Under the pieces are notes generated by a model, which was not told the origin of the DNA, did not search any database, and was given only the letters and a program-made list of their open reading frames with translations. The position numbers and the translations under genes were made by a program. A stretch of DNA of 32,000 nucleotides, taken from the NCBI RefSeq assembly GCF_007625075.1, contig NZ_QMIE01000003.1, forward strand, positions 11,326-43,325, read 5' to 3'. This document shows, in pieces, positions 1 through 11,870 of this stretch; within the stretch, counting starts at the first letter, position 1, and the number at the start of each line of letters is the position of its first letter. This stretch comes from Oceanidesulfovibrio indonesiensis (GTDB taxonomy: Bacteria; Desulfobacterota; Desulfovibrionia; Desulfovibrionales; Desulfovibrionaceae).

Positions 1-80
1 GCATGGATTACGCCAATGTGCTTCCCCTGGTTGACTGTATCGCGAAAACGCTTACAGACATGCTCAAAGAACGATTCTAG
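1..80 (+). CDS. hrcA: 3' end of heat-inducible transcription repressor HrcA (partial, enters from window start)
   Basis: Frame 3 reads MDYANVLPLVDCIAKTLTDMLKERF then TAG at 78-80. This fits the conserved HrcA C-terminal pattern (R)MDY..V.PLVD..A..L. It lies directly upstream of grpE-dnaK, the canonical hrcA-grpE-dnaK order. Confidence 0.6.
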   Translation, partial: MDYANVLPLVDCIAKTLTDMLKERF

Positions 81-106
81 CGCCGGCCTCAAGCCGGCGT
101 CTTTTT
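81..106 (+). terminator. Rho-independent terminator-like hairpin after hrcA
   Basis: CGCCGGC (81-87) pairs with GCCGGCG (93-99) across a 5-nt loop, followed by TCTTTTT (100-106). Confidence 0.5.
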
Positions 107-144
107 GGAAACCATTCACCCCTAGTGAAGAGGAGGCATGTCCC

Positions 145-726
145 ATGTCAGGAGACAGCCGCGTGGAGATACCCGTGAACCAGAACGACGACACCGCCAA
201 GAACGGACCGGAAGAAGAATCCGCACCCGATGAGATACAGCTCACGGATGAAGAGCTCGTGGCCATCTGCAAGGAGCGCGTCTGCAAGACCTGCGACGAA
301 AAAGAGCAGGCCGACCAGGAACGGCTGCGCAGCCTGGCCGAGATGGACAACTTCAAGAAACGCCTGACCCGCGAGAAGGAAGACTTCTGCAAATTCGCCA
401 ATGAGGGCCTGCTCGCGGAACTCCTGCCTGTGCTGGACAACATGGAACTCGCGCTGGAACACGGCGGCAAGGTGGAGGCATGCAAGGACCTCGTCATGGG
501 CGTGGACATGACCCGCAAGATATTTCTCGACATCCTGGCCCGGCAGGGACTCACCCCTGTGGGGGAAATCGGCGAGCCGTTCAACCCGGAAAAGCACGAA
601 GCCATGGCGCACGAAGACCGCGACGACATGGAGCCGGAGCTTGTCTGTTCGGTGCTGCAGCGCGGCTACCTGCTCAAGGACCGACTGCTGCGCCCGGCCA
701 AGGTTACGGTGTCGCGCGCCTGCTAA
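145..726 (+). CDS. grpE: Nucleotide exchange factor GrpE
   Basis: Lies within ORF 16-726. Preferred start is ATG 145, preceded by GAGGAGG (129-135). The GrpE-type C-terminal domain is present (FNPEKHEAMAHE ... VLQRGYLLKDRLLRPAKVTV). Synteny with dnaK supports the call. Confidence 0.9.
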   Translation: MSGDSRVEIPVNQNDDTAKNGPEEESAPDEIQLTDEELVAICKERVCKTCDEKEQADQERLRSLAEMDNFKKRLTREKEDFCKFANEGLLAELLPVLDNMELALEHGGKVEACKDLVMGVDMTRKIFLDILARQGLTPVGEIGEPFNPEKHEAMAHEDRDDMEPELVCSVLQRGYLLKDRLLRPAKVTVSRAC

Positions 727-867
727 AAAAATTCACATTTCCCCCTGGACGTAGGGGAATGATGGATTAATATGTGATGATTGCACAAACGTGTTCCGCT
801 TTTCATCACTGCCCGCGCATGAAATGCGCATAGCTTAGAACGAACTCTGGGAGGAGGTTTTTTTCAT

Positions 868-2784
<1,917 letters not shown>

Positions 2785-2830
2785 GGAATGAAGCTCCCGC
2801 CTTGCCAAATGCAAGGCGCACGGTATAACA

Positions 2831-2880
2831 AGGCCTGGTTCGTCGCGGTGCAGTTCGCCGGACGACCAGGCCTTTTTTCT
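2831..2880 (+). terminator. Rho-independent terminator of dnaK
   Basis: AGGCCTGGTTCGTC (2831-2844) pairs with GACGACCAGGCCT (2861-2873): 13 bp with one bulge. A T6 run follows (2873-2878). A second 8-bp hairpin CGCCTTGC/GCAAGGCG lies at 2798-2818. Confidence 0.85.
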
Positions 2881-2913
2881 TCCATACGCATACCATAAAA
2901 CAGGCCCGCCACC

Positions 2914-4845
2914 ATGACACGCACCATGATACGTTTCCTTGCCGTAAGCGCCCTGCTTGTTCTTGTCGCTGCCGGCTGCCAGATGAAGGCCCCGCTGCCA
3001 CCGCCCACGCCGGCGCCGGCGCCCGAGCTCACCTTGGCCGAACGGGCAGAGAACGCATGGCGGGCCGGCGACATGGTCGCCAGCGAGACGCTTTACAGCA
3101 GGCTCATCGAGGAGGGCGCCCTCTCCCGGGAAGCCCTGGCCACCGCATGGGAACGCTATGTGTTCAGCGCCCTGGCCAACGGCCATCAGCATGCGGCGCT
3201 CCAGTCCATGGACGCCTTCCGGGCTGCCGCGCCCGGCGGCGCCGAGTACGAACCATGGCAGGAAGCCTATCGGCGAGCCCTGCAGGGCGTAGGCGATACC
3301 GGGGCCAAACAGCAACATGCGACGCGCATCGTGGAGGACGCATCACTGCCGCCGCTCCTGCGCGCCAGGGCTGGCGCCATACTCGCCGGCTACTACTGGC
3401 GCACGGCCGACCTCCAGGCCGCATTGGGCGTACTTCAGGACCTCGCCGCCGAGTTCCCGGCACGGGGCAAAGACTTCCAGGCCGCGCTGGAACGCGGGCT
3501 TTTCGATGAAGTCGCGTCCGTGGACGAAAGCAACCTCGATGCCATGGGCTTCCTCATCCCGCCCACAGAGCAGGACGAGTTCCCTTACACCATCATCGAA
3601 CTGGAACGTGCGCGCCGCCTGGCGCAGACCCCCGGCGGTATGATGCAGGCAAGACAGATAGTCGCGCGCATCAAGCCGCTCCTCGCCGACGCCTCCCTGG
3701 CAGACAGGGTCTTCATGGTCGAAGCGCCTGACTTTGCGGGCATCGACGGCCTGGCCCTGGCCCTGCCACTGTCCGGCCCGTTCAAATCCATCGGCTGGAA
3801 GATCATGCAGGGAGCCAACCTCGCCCAGGCAGAGCTTGCCTCCATGGGCTATGACGTTGCTGTGGAGGGACTGAACACCGACTCGGCCGACTGGGTGCAG
3901 AAGGTGCGCGAGCTGCCTTCGAACTATCGCATCGTTGGCGGTCCCCTGCGGCTCAGCGAGGTGTCCCAGCTCCAGGATTCTGGCCTGTTGCAGTCCCGCG
4001 CGTTCTTCACGTTCCTGAACTCAACGGGCGAGCTCTCCGAGGGCTACGACGCCTGGCGGTTCTTCTCCAGCCCGCAGGACCAGGTGCTCTCACTCATAGA
4101 TTTCGCAACAGGCCGCTACGGCGTGCGCCAGGTCGCGGTGCTCTATCCGGACGAGCCGTTCGGCCGCAGGATGGGAGAGCTCTTCTCCGAGGAGGCCCGA
4201 AACCGCGGCATCGAGATTACCGCCATGCGAACCTATCCGCCCAAGGATCAGAGCGGCTGGTACGATATCGTAGGGCAGCTCGCTGCCACCGCCTCCTTCG
4301 ACGCCGTTTTTCTTCCGGGGGACTGGGAGCACGCCAAGATGCTCGTACCCAACTTCCTTTACCACAAACGCGGAGACGCCCTGGTGCTCGGTCCCGCGCT
4401 CTGGGCACAGACGCTGTCCCGTCAGAGCTACGTGGTGGAAAACGACTTCCGTCGCACCGTATTTCCCGGCGCCTGGTGGCCCGGCAATGCAACCCCGGCC
4501 GCGCGGAGCCTGACGACGCTGGCTGCCCAGCGGGACGTCGATGTCGACTTCTGGGTCGCACTCGGCTTTGACTTCGTCCGTTTCGCCAATGCATTCGGCA
4601 CGCTGCCCGAAGCCTGGACCGCACAGGATGTGAACGCCCGGTTGCAGGAAGCGGCACAGGTCATAAATTGGGCCGAAGCCCCCATTACCTGGGGACCCCA
4701 GGGTGTGGCGCAGCAGGACCTGTTCCTCTTCCGCCCCACCATGCAGGGCTTTACCCTGTACAACGAGATGCCCGGCGCCGTTCCGGAAACCGAGGAACGC
4801 GCCTTTGGACCGAGAACCCGAGATCCCGGACCGATTCTGCCATGA
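2914..4845 (+). CDS. Lipoprotein with N-terminal TPR-like helical region and C-terminal type-1 periplasmic-binding fold (LpoA/LppC-like penicillin-binding-protein activator family, tentative)
   Basis: 643 aa. Signal peptide ends in the lipobox LVAAGC. The N-terminal half is helical and Ala-rich. The C-terminal half begins LALALPLSGPFKSIGWKIMQGANLA, typical of the Leu/Ile/Val-binding-like fold seen in LpoA. The function call rests on family resemblance only. Confidence 0.7.
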   Translation: MTRTMIRFLAVSALLVLVAAGCQMKAPLPPPTPAPAPELTLAERAENAWRAGDMVASETLYSRLIEEGALSREALATAWERYVFSALANGHQHAALQSMDAFRAAAPGGAEYEPWQEAYRRALQGVGDTGAKQQHATRIVEDASLPPLLRARAGAILAGYYWRTADLQAALGVLQDLAAEFPARGKDFQAALERGLFDEVASVDESNLDAMGFLIPPTEQDEFPYTIIELERARRLAQTPGGMMQARQIVARIKPLLADASLADRVFMVEAPDFAGIDGLALALPLSGPFKSIGWKIMQGANLAQAELASMGYDVAVEGLNTDSADWVQKVRELPSNYRIVGGPLRLSEVSQLQDSGLLQSRAFFTFLNSTGELSEGYDAWRFFSSPQDQVLSLIDFATGRYGVRQVAVLYPDEPFGRRMGELFSEEARNRGIEITAMRTYPPKDQSGWYDIVGQLAATASFDAVFLPGDWEHAKMLVPNFLYHKRGDALVLGPALWAQTLSRQSYVVENDFRRTVFPGAWWPGNATPAARSLTTLAAQRDVDVDFWVALGFDFVRFANAFGTLPEAWTAQDVNARLQEAAQVINWAEAPITWGPQGVAQQDLFLFRPTMQGFTLYNEMPGAVPETEERAFGPRTRDPGPILP

Positions 4846-5141
4846 GCACGAAAAAAGATATCCTGTCCACGGAAGAAGTGGCGCGCATTGCCCGCCTCGC
4901 ACGGCTCGAGCCCGCGCCGGATAAGCTCGAACGCTACGCCGGCCAGCTCGGCGACATCCTTGAGCACATGGAAATCCTCGCCGAGGTGGACGTGACCGGC
5001 GTCGACCCCCTCTACTCACCGGTCGAACACGAGACCGTGTTCCGTGAGGATGTGGCGAAACGCCGCGCGACCCGGGAGCAGATACTCTCCAACGCTCCCC
5101 AGGACGACGGCGCCTTCTACATTGTTCCCAAGATCGTCTGA
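4842..5141 (+). CDS. gatC: Asp-tRNA(Asn)/Glu-tRNA(Gln) amidotransferase subunit C
   Basis: 99 aa starting at internal ATG 4842 of ORF 4668-5141 ([22 protein letters not shown]...). GatC-like length and sequence ([13 protein letters not shown]). The start overlaps the upstream stop (ATGA), and gatA follows directly. Confidence 0.9.
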   Translation: MSTKKDILSTEEVARIARLARLEPAPDKLERYAGQLGDILEHMEILAEVDVTGVDPLYSPVEHETVFREDVAKRRATREQILSNAPQDDGAFYIVPKIV

Positions 5142-5187
5142 TCGGCCGCAACCGTTTACGACGCCAACCAAATTTCGAGCTTTCACA

Positions 5188-6660
5188 ATGTCCGAACTCG
5201 TTACCCTGAGCCTGAAAGACGTCCGCGACAAGCTTGCGCGCAAGGAAGTAAGCGCCCGCGAGGTGGTGGACGCCTGCATGGAACGCATCGAAGCCACCGA
5301 CACCGAGCTCAACGCCCTGACCAGGCCCATGCCAGAGGAGGCCCGCGCCAGGGCCGAGGCCTTGGACGCCGGCGGCCCAGACCCTGACAAGCCGCTCTGG
5401 GGCGTGCCCATCGCCGTCAAGGACCTTATCTGCGTGGCCGGCGTGCCCAACACGTGCGGCTCGCGTATACTGGAAAATTTTGTGCCCTTCTACGACGCGC
5501 ACCTCGTGTCCAGACTCGTGGACGCAGGCGCCATCATCGTGGGCAAGGCGAACCTGGACGAGTTCGCCATGGGCTCCTCCACCGAAACGTCATGCTACGG
5601 CGTCACTCGCAACCCCTGGGACACGAACCGCGTCCCGGGCGGTTCCTCCGGTGGCTCCGCCGCCGCCGTGAGCGCCTGCCAGTGCTACGCTTCGGTGGGC
5701 ACGGACACAGGCGGTTCCATCCGGTTGCCGGCCTCGCTCTGCGGCTGCGTAGGCGTCAAACCCACGTACGGACGCGTCTCCCGCTACGGCCTCGTGGCCT
5801 ACGGCTCCTCGCTGGACCAGGCCGGCCCCTTCGGCCGCACTGTGGAGGACACCGCCATCATGCTGGAGGCCATGTCCGGTCATGACGACAAAGACTCCAC
5901 TTCCGTGGACCGCCCGGTAGAGCCCTACGCCCGGCTGCTTGCCGAACGCGGCGACCTCAAGGGCCTTACCGTTGGCCTGCCCAAGGAGTACTGGGACGAG
6001 GGCCTGGACCCCGAAGTGGAAAGCGTACTGTCCAGATCGCTGGACACGCTCAAGGGGCTCGGCGCTACGCTCAAGGAGGTTTCCCTCCCGCTCACCAAAT
6101 ACGCCGTGCCCACCTACTACATCATCGCCATGGCCGAGGCGAGTTCAAACCTCGCCCGGTTCGACGGCGTGCGCTACGGCCGCCGCGCCGAAAAACCCGA
6201 AGACCTCATGGACCTCTACGTGCGCTCCCGCACCGAAGGCTTCGGCGACGAGGTCCAACGCCGCATAATGATCGGCACGTATGTGCTCTCCGCGGGGTAC
6301 TACGACGCATATTACCGCAAGGCCGCCCAGGTGCGCCGCCGCATCCGGGACGATTTCCTCGCCGCCCTGGACGGCTGCGACGTGCTCGCCGGAGCCACCT
6401 CGCCCACAGTGGCCTGGCAACTGGGCGCGCTCACGGACGATCCGCTCAAGATGTACCTCATGGATATCTTCACCCTGTCCATCAACCTCGCTGGCCTGCC
6501 CGGGCTCGTATTGCCCGTGGGTCTCGGCCGCGAGTCCGGCATGCCCGTCGGATTGCAGCTCATCGGCAAGTCTTTTGACGAGTCGACCCTCTTCCAGACC
6601 GGGCATCTGCTGGAGCAAGCCTTGGAGCCCATCGGTCCGCCGGCAGGGCTGTCCGGATAG
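5188..6660 (+). CDS. gatA: Asp-tRNA(Asn)/Glu-tRNA(Gln) amidotransferase subunit A
   Basis: 490 aa from ATG 5188 ([16 protein letters not shown]). Amidase signature [11 protein letters not shown] and the Ser-cisSer-Lys family context ([15 protein letters not shown]). Confidence 0.95.
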   Translation: MSELVTLSLKDVRDKLARKEVSAREVVDACMERIEATDTELNALTRPMPEEARARAEALDAGGPDPDKPLWGVPIAVKDLICVAGVPNTCGSRILENFVPFYDAHLVSRLVDAGAIIVGKANLDEFAMGSSTETSCYGVTRNPWDTNRVPGGSSGGSAAAVSACQCYASVGTDTGGSIRLPASLCGCVGVKPTYGRVSRYGLVAYGSSLDQAGPFGRTVEDTAIMLEAMSGHDDKDSTSVDRPVEPYARLLAERGDLKGLTVGLPKEYWDEGLDPEVESVLSRSLDTLKGLGATLKEVSLPLTKYAVPTYYIIAMAEASSNLARFDGVRYGRRAEKPEDLMDLYVRSRTEGFGDEVQRRIMIGTYVLSAGYYDAYYRKAAQVRRRIRDDFLAALDGCDVLAGATSPTVAWQLGALTDDPLKMYLMDIFTLSINLAGLPGLVLPVGLGRESGMPVGLQLIGKSFDESTLFQTGHLLEQALEPIGPPAGLSG

Positions 6661-6666
6661 GAGCTC

Positions 6667-7725
6667 GTGCCCAGAAACGTGGACTCGGTGGCCGTCGCCG
6701 TCTCGGGCGGTCGTGACAGCCTCCTCGCACTCGCCCTGCTCGCGGAGCAATACGGACCGGACCGCGTCCTCGCCATCCATGGCCTCTTCATTCGCGAAGC
6801 CGACCCGCGGCTGCTCGCCGACTTGAAGCGCGTATGCCGCGATGTCGGCGTTTCCCTCGTCGTGGCGGACCTGAGGGAGCGCTTCGAGCGGCTGGTTATC
6901 CAGCCATTCGTGGCGGATTACGCCGCCGGCCGCACACCCAACCCGTGCGCGATCTGCAATCGCGAGGTGAAGTTCGGCCTGTTGCTCGAAGAGGCTCACA
7001 CCCGCGGCGTTTCCCACATCGCCACCGGTCATTACGCTCGGCTTGAGCATTGTCCGCAGCGCACCGCCCTGTTCCGCGGGACCGACCCGACAAAGGACCA
7101 GTCCTATTTCCTGTCCCTCGTACCGGAGGAATCCCTGGCCTGCGCGCTTTTCCCACTGGGCGAGCGGTTCAAGGCCGACACGTTGTCCGCGCTGGAAGCC
7201 CGCGGCCTTACGCCGCCAGCGCCGCAGGAAAGCCAGGAGGTCTGCTTCGTGCCTGACGATGACTACATCTCGTTCATCGAGGCGCGCCGTCCTGAACTGT
7301 GCGACACAGGTCCCATCGAGCTTGCCGACGGCACGCGCCTCGGCGTCCATGGCGGCCTGCACCGCTTCACCCCCGGACAACGCCGCGGCATCGGCGTGGC
7401 GTATACGGAACCGCTCTACGTGCTGGGAAAGGACATGGCCCGCAACGCCCTCATCGTCGGCCCGAAAGAGCTTACCACCTCCCGCGGCTGCACCGTCGGC
7501 GAGGTGAACCTGCTCGTTCCGCCGGACGAGTGGCCGGACGAATGCTTCGCCAAGACGCGTTACCGCCAGCAGGCCGCGCCGGCGCGCGTTGCGTTTCAGG
7601 ACGGTCGTCTCGATATCGAATTCCTTGAGCCACGCTCCCTGCCGGCGGCCGGGCAGGTGGCCGCGGTGTACGATGCCCTGGGCCGCGTGCTCGCCGGAGG
7701 CATCATCCAGGAGGAGACGTCATAG
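6667..7725 (+). CDS. mnmA: tRNA 2-thiouridine(34) synthase MnmA
   Basis: 352 aa with a GTG start and an AGGAG SD just upstream. PP-loop VAVSGGRDS; catalytic Cys motifs NPCAICNREVKF and QEVCFV; DQSYFL motif. Confidence 0.9.
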   Translation: MPRNVDSVAVAVSGGRDSLLALALLAEQYGPDRVLAIHGLFIREADPRLLADLKRVCRDVGVSLVVADLRERFERLVIQPFVADYAAGRTPNPCAICNREVKFGLLLEEAHTRGVSHIATGHYARLEHCPQRTALFRGTDPTKDQSYFLSLVPEESLACALFPLGERFKADTLSALEARGLTPPAPQESQEVCFVPDDDYISFIEARRPELCDTGPIELADGTRLGVHGGLHRFTPGQRRGIGVAYTEPLYVLGKDMARNALIVGPKELTTSRGCTVGEVNLLVPPDEWPDECFAKTRYRQQAAPARVAFQDGRLDIEFLEPRSLPAAGQVAAVYDALGRVLAGGIIQEETS

Positions 7726-9015
7726 ATGCATCGGCGCTTTCATATCGTCACCCTGGGCTGCAAGGTGAACCAGTACGAAAGCCAGGCTCTGCGCGAGGCG
7801 TGGCGCAGCGCCGGCCTGGAGGAAACGGCCGACCCTGCCGCGGCCGATGTGCTGCTGGTGAACTCCTGCGCCGTCACGGCCCGGGCCATCCGGGACTTGC
7901 GTCACCGCGTGGCCAAACTGGCCAGGGAGAATCCGTATGCCGAAATCGTGCTTACAGGCTGCGCTGCCGAGGCCTGTCGCGATGAACTCGGCGACCTTGC
8001 AGGCGTGAGCGAGATAGTTCCCCAGAAGCAGAAAACCGACCTCCTGGCCCGCTTTGCCAAACTGGCGACGGAGCCGCCCCGGTCCTTCCGCGTTAGCGGG
8101 GCCGAACGCGCCCGCGGCAACCTCGTGGTCCAGGACGGCTGCTCCCACAACTGCGCCTATTGCATCGTTCCGCGCGCCCGCGGAGGGCCGGTGAGCCGAA
8201 CTCCGCAGGAAGTGGAAGACGAAGCGCGGCGGCTGCTCGAATCCGGCGTGCACGAGATCATGCTGAGCGGCGTGAACCTCCGCCAGTACGGACCGGACCT
8301 CGACCCACAGCGAGATTTCTGGGATCTGCTCGCACACCTGGACGCCGCCCTCGCGCCGGAATGGACAGGCCGAGCCCAGTTGCGCCTGTCCTCACTCGAT
8401 CCTTCCCTGCTATCGGACAAGGGGCTGGCGACCCTGGCCGGCTGTCGGCTGGTCTGTCCGCATTTGCATGTTTCCCTGCAGAGCGGCAGCCCGAGAGTGC
8501 TTTCGGCCATGCGGCGGGGCCATTACACGCCGGAGCAGATCATACGTTTCGTGGAGAAACTGCCTGAGATCTGGCCCCGATTCGGCCTGGGCGTGGACGT
8601 GATCGTAGGCTTTCCCGGCGAGGATGAAGCCGATTTTGCAGCCACTGTAGCGATATGCACAAATCTGCCCCTCTCCTACGCGCACGTCTTCCCTTTCTCG
8701 CCGCGAGCAGGCACGATAGCCGCTTCCATGCAGGACGACGTGGAGCCGTCGGAAAAGAAACGCCGCGCCGCAGCATTGCGCGCCATTGCGGCGGAGAAAA
8801 AACATGCATTTCTGGAGGCGGAAGCATTGCGAGAGTCCCTGGTTGTCGCCCTGGAAGCTGCTGATCCGCAATGTGGAGGTAAAGGCACTTCGGAAACGTA
8901 TCTACCTTGTCTTTTTGATGAACCGATGGAATCAACTCTCGTGGGCCGGCTCGTATCGGCCCGCCCTCTCGGTGTTCGCAAGGAATCCTTGCTCGTCACA
9001 CGAGTCACGCGCTGA
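7726..9015 (+). CDS. mtaB: Radical-SAM methylthiotransferase, MtaB-like (tRNA t6A37 methylthiotransferase family)
   Basis: 429 aa. N-terminal UPF0004 domain (IVTLGCKVNQYES ... VNSCAVT ... TGCAAE). Radical-SAM motif GCSHNCAYCIVP. The start abuts the mnmA stop (TAGATG). Confidence 0.85.
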   Translation: MHRRFHIVTLGCKVNQYESQALREAWRSAGLEETADPAAADVLLVNSCAVTARAIRDLRHRVAKLARENPYAEIVLTGCAAEACRDELGDLAGVSEIVPQKQKTDLLARFAKLATEPPRSFRVSGAERARGNLVVQDGCSHNCAYCIVPRARGGPVSRTPQEVEDEARRLLESGVHEIMLSGVNLRQYGPDLDPQRDFWDLLAHLDAALAPEWTGRAQLRLSSLDPSLLSDKGLATLAGCRLVCPHLHVSLQSGSPRVLSAMRRGHYTPEQIIRFVEKLPEIWPRFGLGVDVIVGFPGEDEADFAATVAICTNLPLSYAHVFPFSPRAGTIAASMQDDVEPSEKKRRAAALRAIAAEKKHAFLEAEALRESLVVALEAADPQCGGKGTSETYLPCLFDEPMESTLVGRLVSARPLGVRKESLLVTRVTR

Positions 9016-9103
9016 ACGCATCCGGACATGAACCGACGTTTACTTGTCCAGAAGCCTGAAATCTATTATAAAGCATCTGAATGACAGCAAAGGAGCACGC
9101 ACT

Positions 9104-10006
9104 GTGCGCAGCATGACAGGATACGGACGATCCTCCACACAGGCTTGCGGCGACGTCGCCGACACCGCCCGTGGCTGGGCCTACACGTGGGAGATCAAAA
9201 GCGTAAACGGCCGCCATCTTGACACAAAATGGCGCATGCCGTCCTCCGTGCGTTGCATGGAGCAGGAGTTCGAGAATTTGGTCCGCACCAAGGCATCCCG
9301 CGGACGGGTAGAGATCAACCTGCATCTTTCCATCTTCAAACCAGAGCTTCTGGGCATCCGGCTCAACCGCCCCATGGTGCGCGCCATGATCGACGAGGTG
9401 CGCGCCCTTGCGGAACATGACGGCCTCGATTTCCTGCCGGACTACAACCGCTTCTTCACCATCTCCAGTTTGTGGGAAGAGGACTCCAGCGGAGTTGACG
9501 CGTCCCTGGCCAAGAGTCTGTCGCGCGGCCTGGCCGACGCCCTGGACGACTGGAACACCGCCCGCGAGAAGGAAGGCCACAGCCTGTACAACGATCTCCG
9601 CTCGCGGCTGAACACCCTGCTCACGCTGCACGCGCAACTCGCCAAACGCGTGGCCGAGCTGGGCCCGGAAAAGGCTAAAGCCATTGAGGACAGGCTCGCT
9701 GCATTCCTGGCCAAACACGACCTCCAGCCCGACGAGAACATGCTCCTGCAGGAGGTCGCCATACTATCCGACAAGCTCGACGTAAGCGAGGAACTGACGC
9801 GGCTGCAGGCCCATCTCGAACTCGTTCGCGAGTTGCTGGAGGCCGGCGGCGAATGCGGCAAGAAGCTTGACTTCACGCTGCAGGAGTGCTTTCGCGAAAT
9901 CAACACCTGCGGCAACAAGGCCCAGGACCCGCACGTCTCAAGACTCGCGGTGGACTTCAAGGCCGAGCTGGAGAAGTGCCGCGAGCAGGTGCAAAATCTC
10001 GAATGA
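9104..10006 (+). CDS. yicC: YicC/YloC family stress-induced protein (endoribonuclease family)
   Basis: ORF 9044-10006 opens on a TTG. I prefer GTG 9104 (SD AGGAG 9091-9095), giving VRSMTGYGRS, the typical YicC N-terminus; ATG 9113 is the alternative. C-terminal DUF1732-like region LQECFREINTCGNKAQD. Confidence 0.85.
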   Translation: MRSMTGYGRSSTQACGDVADTARGWAYTWEIKSVNGRHLDTKWRMPSSVRCMEQEFENLVRTKASRGRVEINLHLSIFKPELLGIRLNRPMVRAMIDEVRALAEHDGLDFLPDYNRFFTISSLWEEDSSGVDASLAKSLSRGLADALDDWNTAREKEGHSLYNDLRSRLNTLLTLHAQLAKRVAELGPEKAKAIEDRLAAFLAKHDLQPDENMLLQEVAILSDKLDVSEELTRLQAHLELVRELLEAGGECGKKLDFTLQECFREINTCGNKAQDPHVSRLAVDFKAELEKCREQVQNLE

Positions 10007-10023
10007 TGTGAGTGCAATACAAC

Positions 10024-10278
10024 ATGCGCCCAGTCAAACTTCTGAACATCGGCTTCGGCAACTACGTCGTGGCCAACCGCGTGGTTTCCATCGTCGCGCC
10101 CTCCTCGTCCCCCATGCGGCGGCTTCGGGAGGACGCCCGGCAGGAGGGCCGGCTCGTGGACGCCACCCAGGGCCGCAAGACTCGCTCCATCATCATCACA
10201 GACTCGAACCATGTGCTCCTTTCGGCCATCCAGGCCGAAACGCTGGGCCAACGCTTCGCACAGGACAGTGACGAATGA
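10024..10278 (+). CDS. remA: DUF370 / RemA(YlzA)-family small DNA-binding protein
   Basis: About 84 aa from ATG 10024: [74 protein letters not shown]. This closely parallels the RemA family pattern. It sits in the conserved position between yicC and gmk. Confidence 0.85.
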   Translation: MRPVKLLNIGFGNYVVANRVVSIVAPSSSPMRRLREDARQEGRLVDATQGRKTRSIIITDSNHVLLSAIQAETLGQRFAQDSDE

Positions 10279-10898
10279 ACACCACCCGCCCGGGCATAGC
10301 GCTCATCCTCTCCGCTCCGTCGGGAGCCGGCAAGACGACGCTCGTCAAGCGCCTCACCGGCGATTTCGACCGTTTCGCCTATTCCGTTTCCTACACCACC
10401 CGCGCCCCGCGCGAAGGCGAGCAGGACGGCGTGGATTATCATTTCGTATCCATGAACCGCTTCGAAAAACTCGCTGGGGAGGGGTTCTTCGCGGAATGGG
10501 CGCGCGTGCACGACAACTGCTACGGCACGCCCATGTCCTCCGTGGTCGCCAACCTGCAACAGGGCAGGGACGTCCTCTTCGACATCGACGTCCAGGGCGC
10601 CCTCTCGCTCAAGCAATGGCTCGCTGGCGCCTATGTGTTCATTCTCCCCCCCTCCCGGGACGCCCTTGTGGAACGGCTCACCGGACGCGGCAAGGATTCG
10701 GACGAGATCGTGGCCACACGCATGCATAACGCCGCAGGCGAGATCGCAATGGCCAGGGAGTTCGACTACCTGGTCGTAAACGACGACCTCGACACGGCCT
10801 ACGACCAGCTCCGCGCCGTGTACCTTGCCCAGGGGCAACGCCGCGGCGTCCATGTCGGGCTCGTCGACGAGCTTCTGGACCAATGGAAGATGGAGTAG
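10275..10898 (+). CDS. gmk: Guanylate kinase
   Basis: 207 aa. P-loop [11 protein letters not shown]; [21 protein letters not shown] motif. ATGA overlap with remA. Confidence 0.95.
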   Translation: MNTTRPGIALILSAPSGAGKTTLVKRLTGDFDRFAYSVSYTTRAPREGEQDGVDYHFVSMNRFEKLAGEGFFAEWARVHDNCYGTPMSSVVANLQQGRDVLFDIDVQGALSLKQWLAGAYVFILPPSRDALVERLTGRGKDSDEIVATRMHNAAGEIAMAREFDYLVVNDDLDTAYDQLRAVYLAQGQRRGVHVGLVDELLDQWKME

Positions 10899-10901
10899 AC
10901 C

Positions 10902-11870
10902 ATGGCCGAAAGCGACCGCAACAACGCGTCTCAGGCGCCCCAGGGTCAACAGGATGCGCACCGGCAGGGGGGCGAGCAGCCTAAGCCCTCGCAACAGCGC
11001 GACAACAAGATCTTCGGCATCTTTTCTTCGCAGACCATGCAGAAGGTCGGCACCGGCACCTCCGTGCGCAAGACCATTCAGAAAACCTTCTGGATGGCCA
11101 AGGAACTGGACGACGGCGTGGTGGAGATCCAACCCATCAACATGAACTGCGTGCCGTCCGGCCCCAAGCGCAAGGTCGCCAAGGAAGACCTCATCCAGAA
11201 ATTTTCGCCGGAACCGGAGTACTATGTCCAGACGGTCTACCCGGCCATGCGCAGCCTCGATCAAAAGATCCAGGACGGCGAGAAACACCGCGAAAAGGGC
11301 GAGCATTTCTCCGCGGAGAACAAGTTCCAGAAAGCTCTTGAGGTTGACGTGGAAAACGTCCGCGCCAACTTCGGCCTCGGCCTCACCTACCTGGAACGTG
11401 GGGAAAGCGAGAAGGCCGACAACATCTTCGAGCGGCTCGTGAAGCTCGATGCCGCCTTCGAGCCGGAGCACAAGCACCTGTTCAACGACTTCGGCATCAA
11501 CCTGCGCAAGAACAAGATGTACGACCAGGCGCTGGAATATTACAGCCGGGCCGAGACCCTGGCCACGGCGGACGAAAACCTCTACTACAACATGGCACGC
11601 GCCTATTTCGAAAAGCGCCGGGTCGAACAGGCTATCGAGTACCTGAACAAAGCTTTGGAGCTGGATCCGGAGCACGAGGCAGCCACCAGGTTCCTCGAAT
11701 GGATCAGAGAAAAGGATATTCTGAATAACGGAAACGATGTGCAATCCAGCTACGATGTGGATTCGGCCGGTGACACCGGCAGCCCGGCCCGCGAAAATCG
11801 CGCTGGTGACGATTCATACGACCTCGGCGGCGACATTTACGACATGGACAAGAATGGAGGATCTCCATGA
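10902..11870 (+). CDS. TPR-repeat protein with disordered Gln/basic N-terminus and acidic C-terminal tail
   Basis: 322 aa. TPR-like repeats are evident in the stretch NFGLGLTYLERGESEKADNIFERLVKLDAAFEPEH through YYNMARAYFEKRRVEQAIEYLNKALELDPEHEAA. Confidence 0.8.
   Translation: MAESDRNNASQAPQGQQDAHRQGGEQPKPSQQRDNKIFGIFSSQTMQKVGTGTSVRKTIQKTFWMAKELDDGVVEIQPINMNCVPSGPKRKVAKEDLIQKFSPEPEYYVQTVYPAMRSLDQKIQDGEKHREKGEHFSAENKFQKALEVDVENVRANFGLGLTYLERGESEKADNIFERLVKLDAAFEPEHKHLFNDFGINLRKNKMYDQALEYYSRAETLATADENLYYNMARAYFEKRRVEQAIEYLNKALELDPEHEAATRFLEWIREKDILNNGNDVQSSYDVDSAGDTGSPARENRAGDDSYDLGGDIYDMDKNGGSP

Noticed and set aside
727-867. Searched the grpE-dnaK spacer for CIRCE, sigma-32 (CTTGAAA/CCCCAT) and sigma-54 (TGGCAC-N5-TTGC) boxes.
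   Set aside because: Only partial matches with the wrong spacing were found, for example TGG...TTGC 18 nt apart and TTAGAAC without an inverted partner. Nothing is strong enough to call.
10062-11744. 560-aa minus-strand ORF opposite remA, gmk and the TPR gene.
   Set aside because: It crosses three gene boundaries antisense to genes with clear family signatures. No SD or start context and no domain-like sequence.
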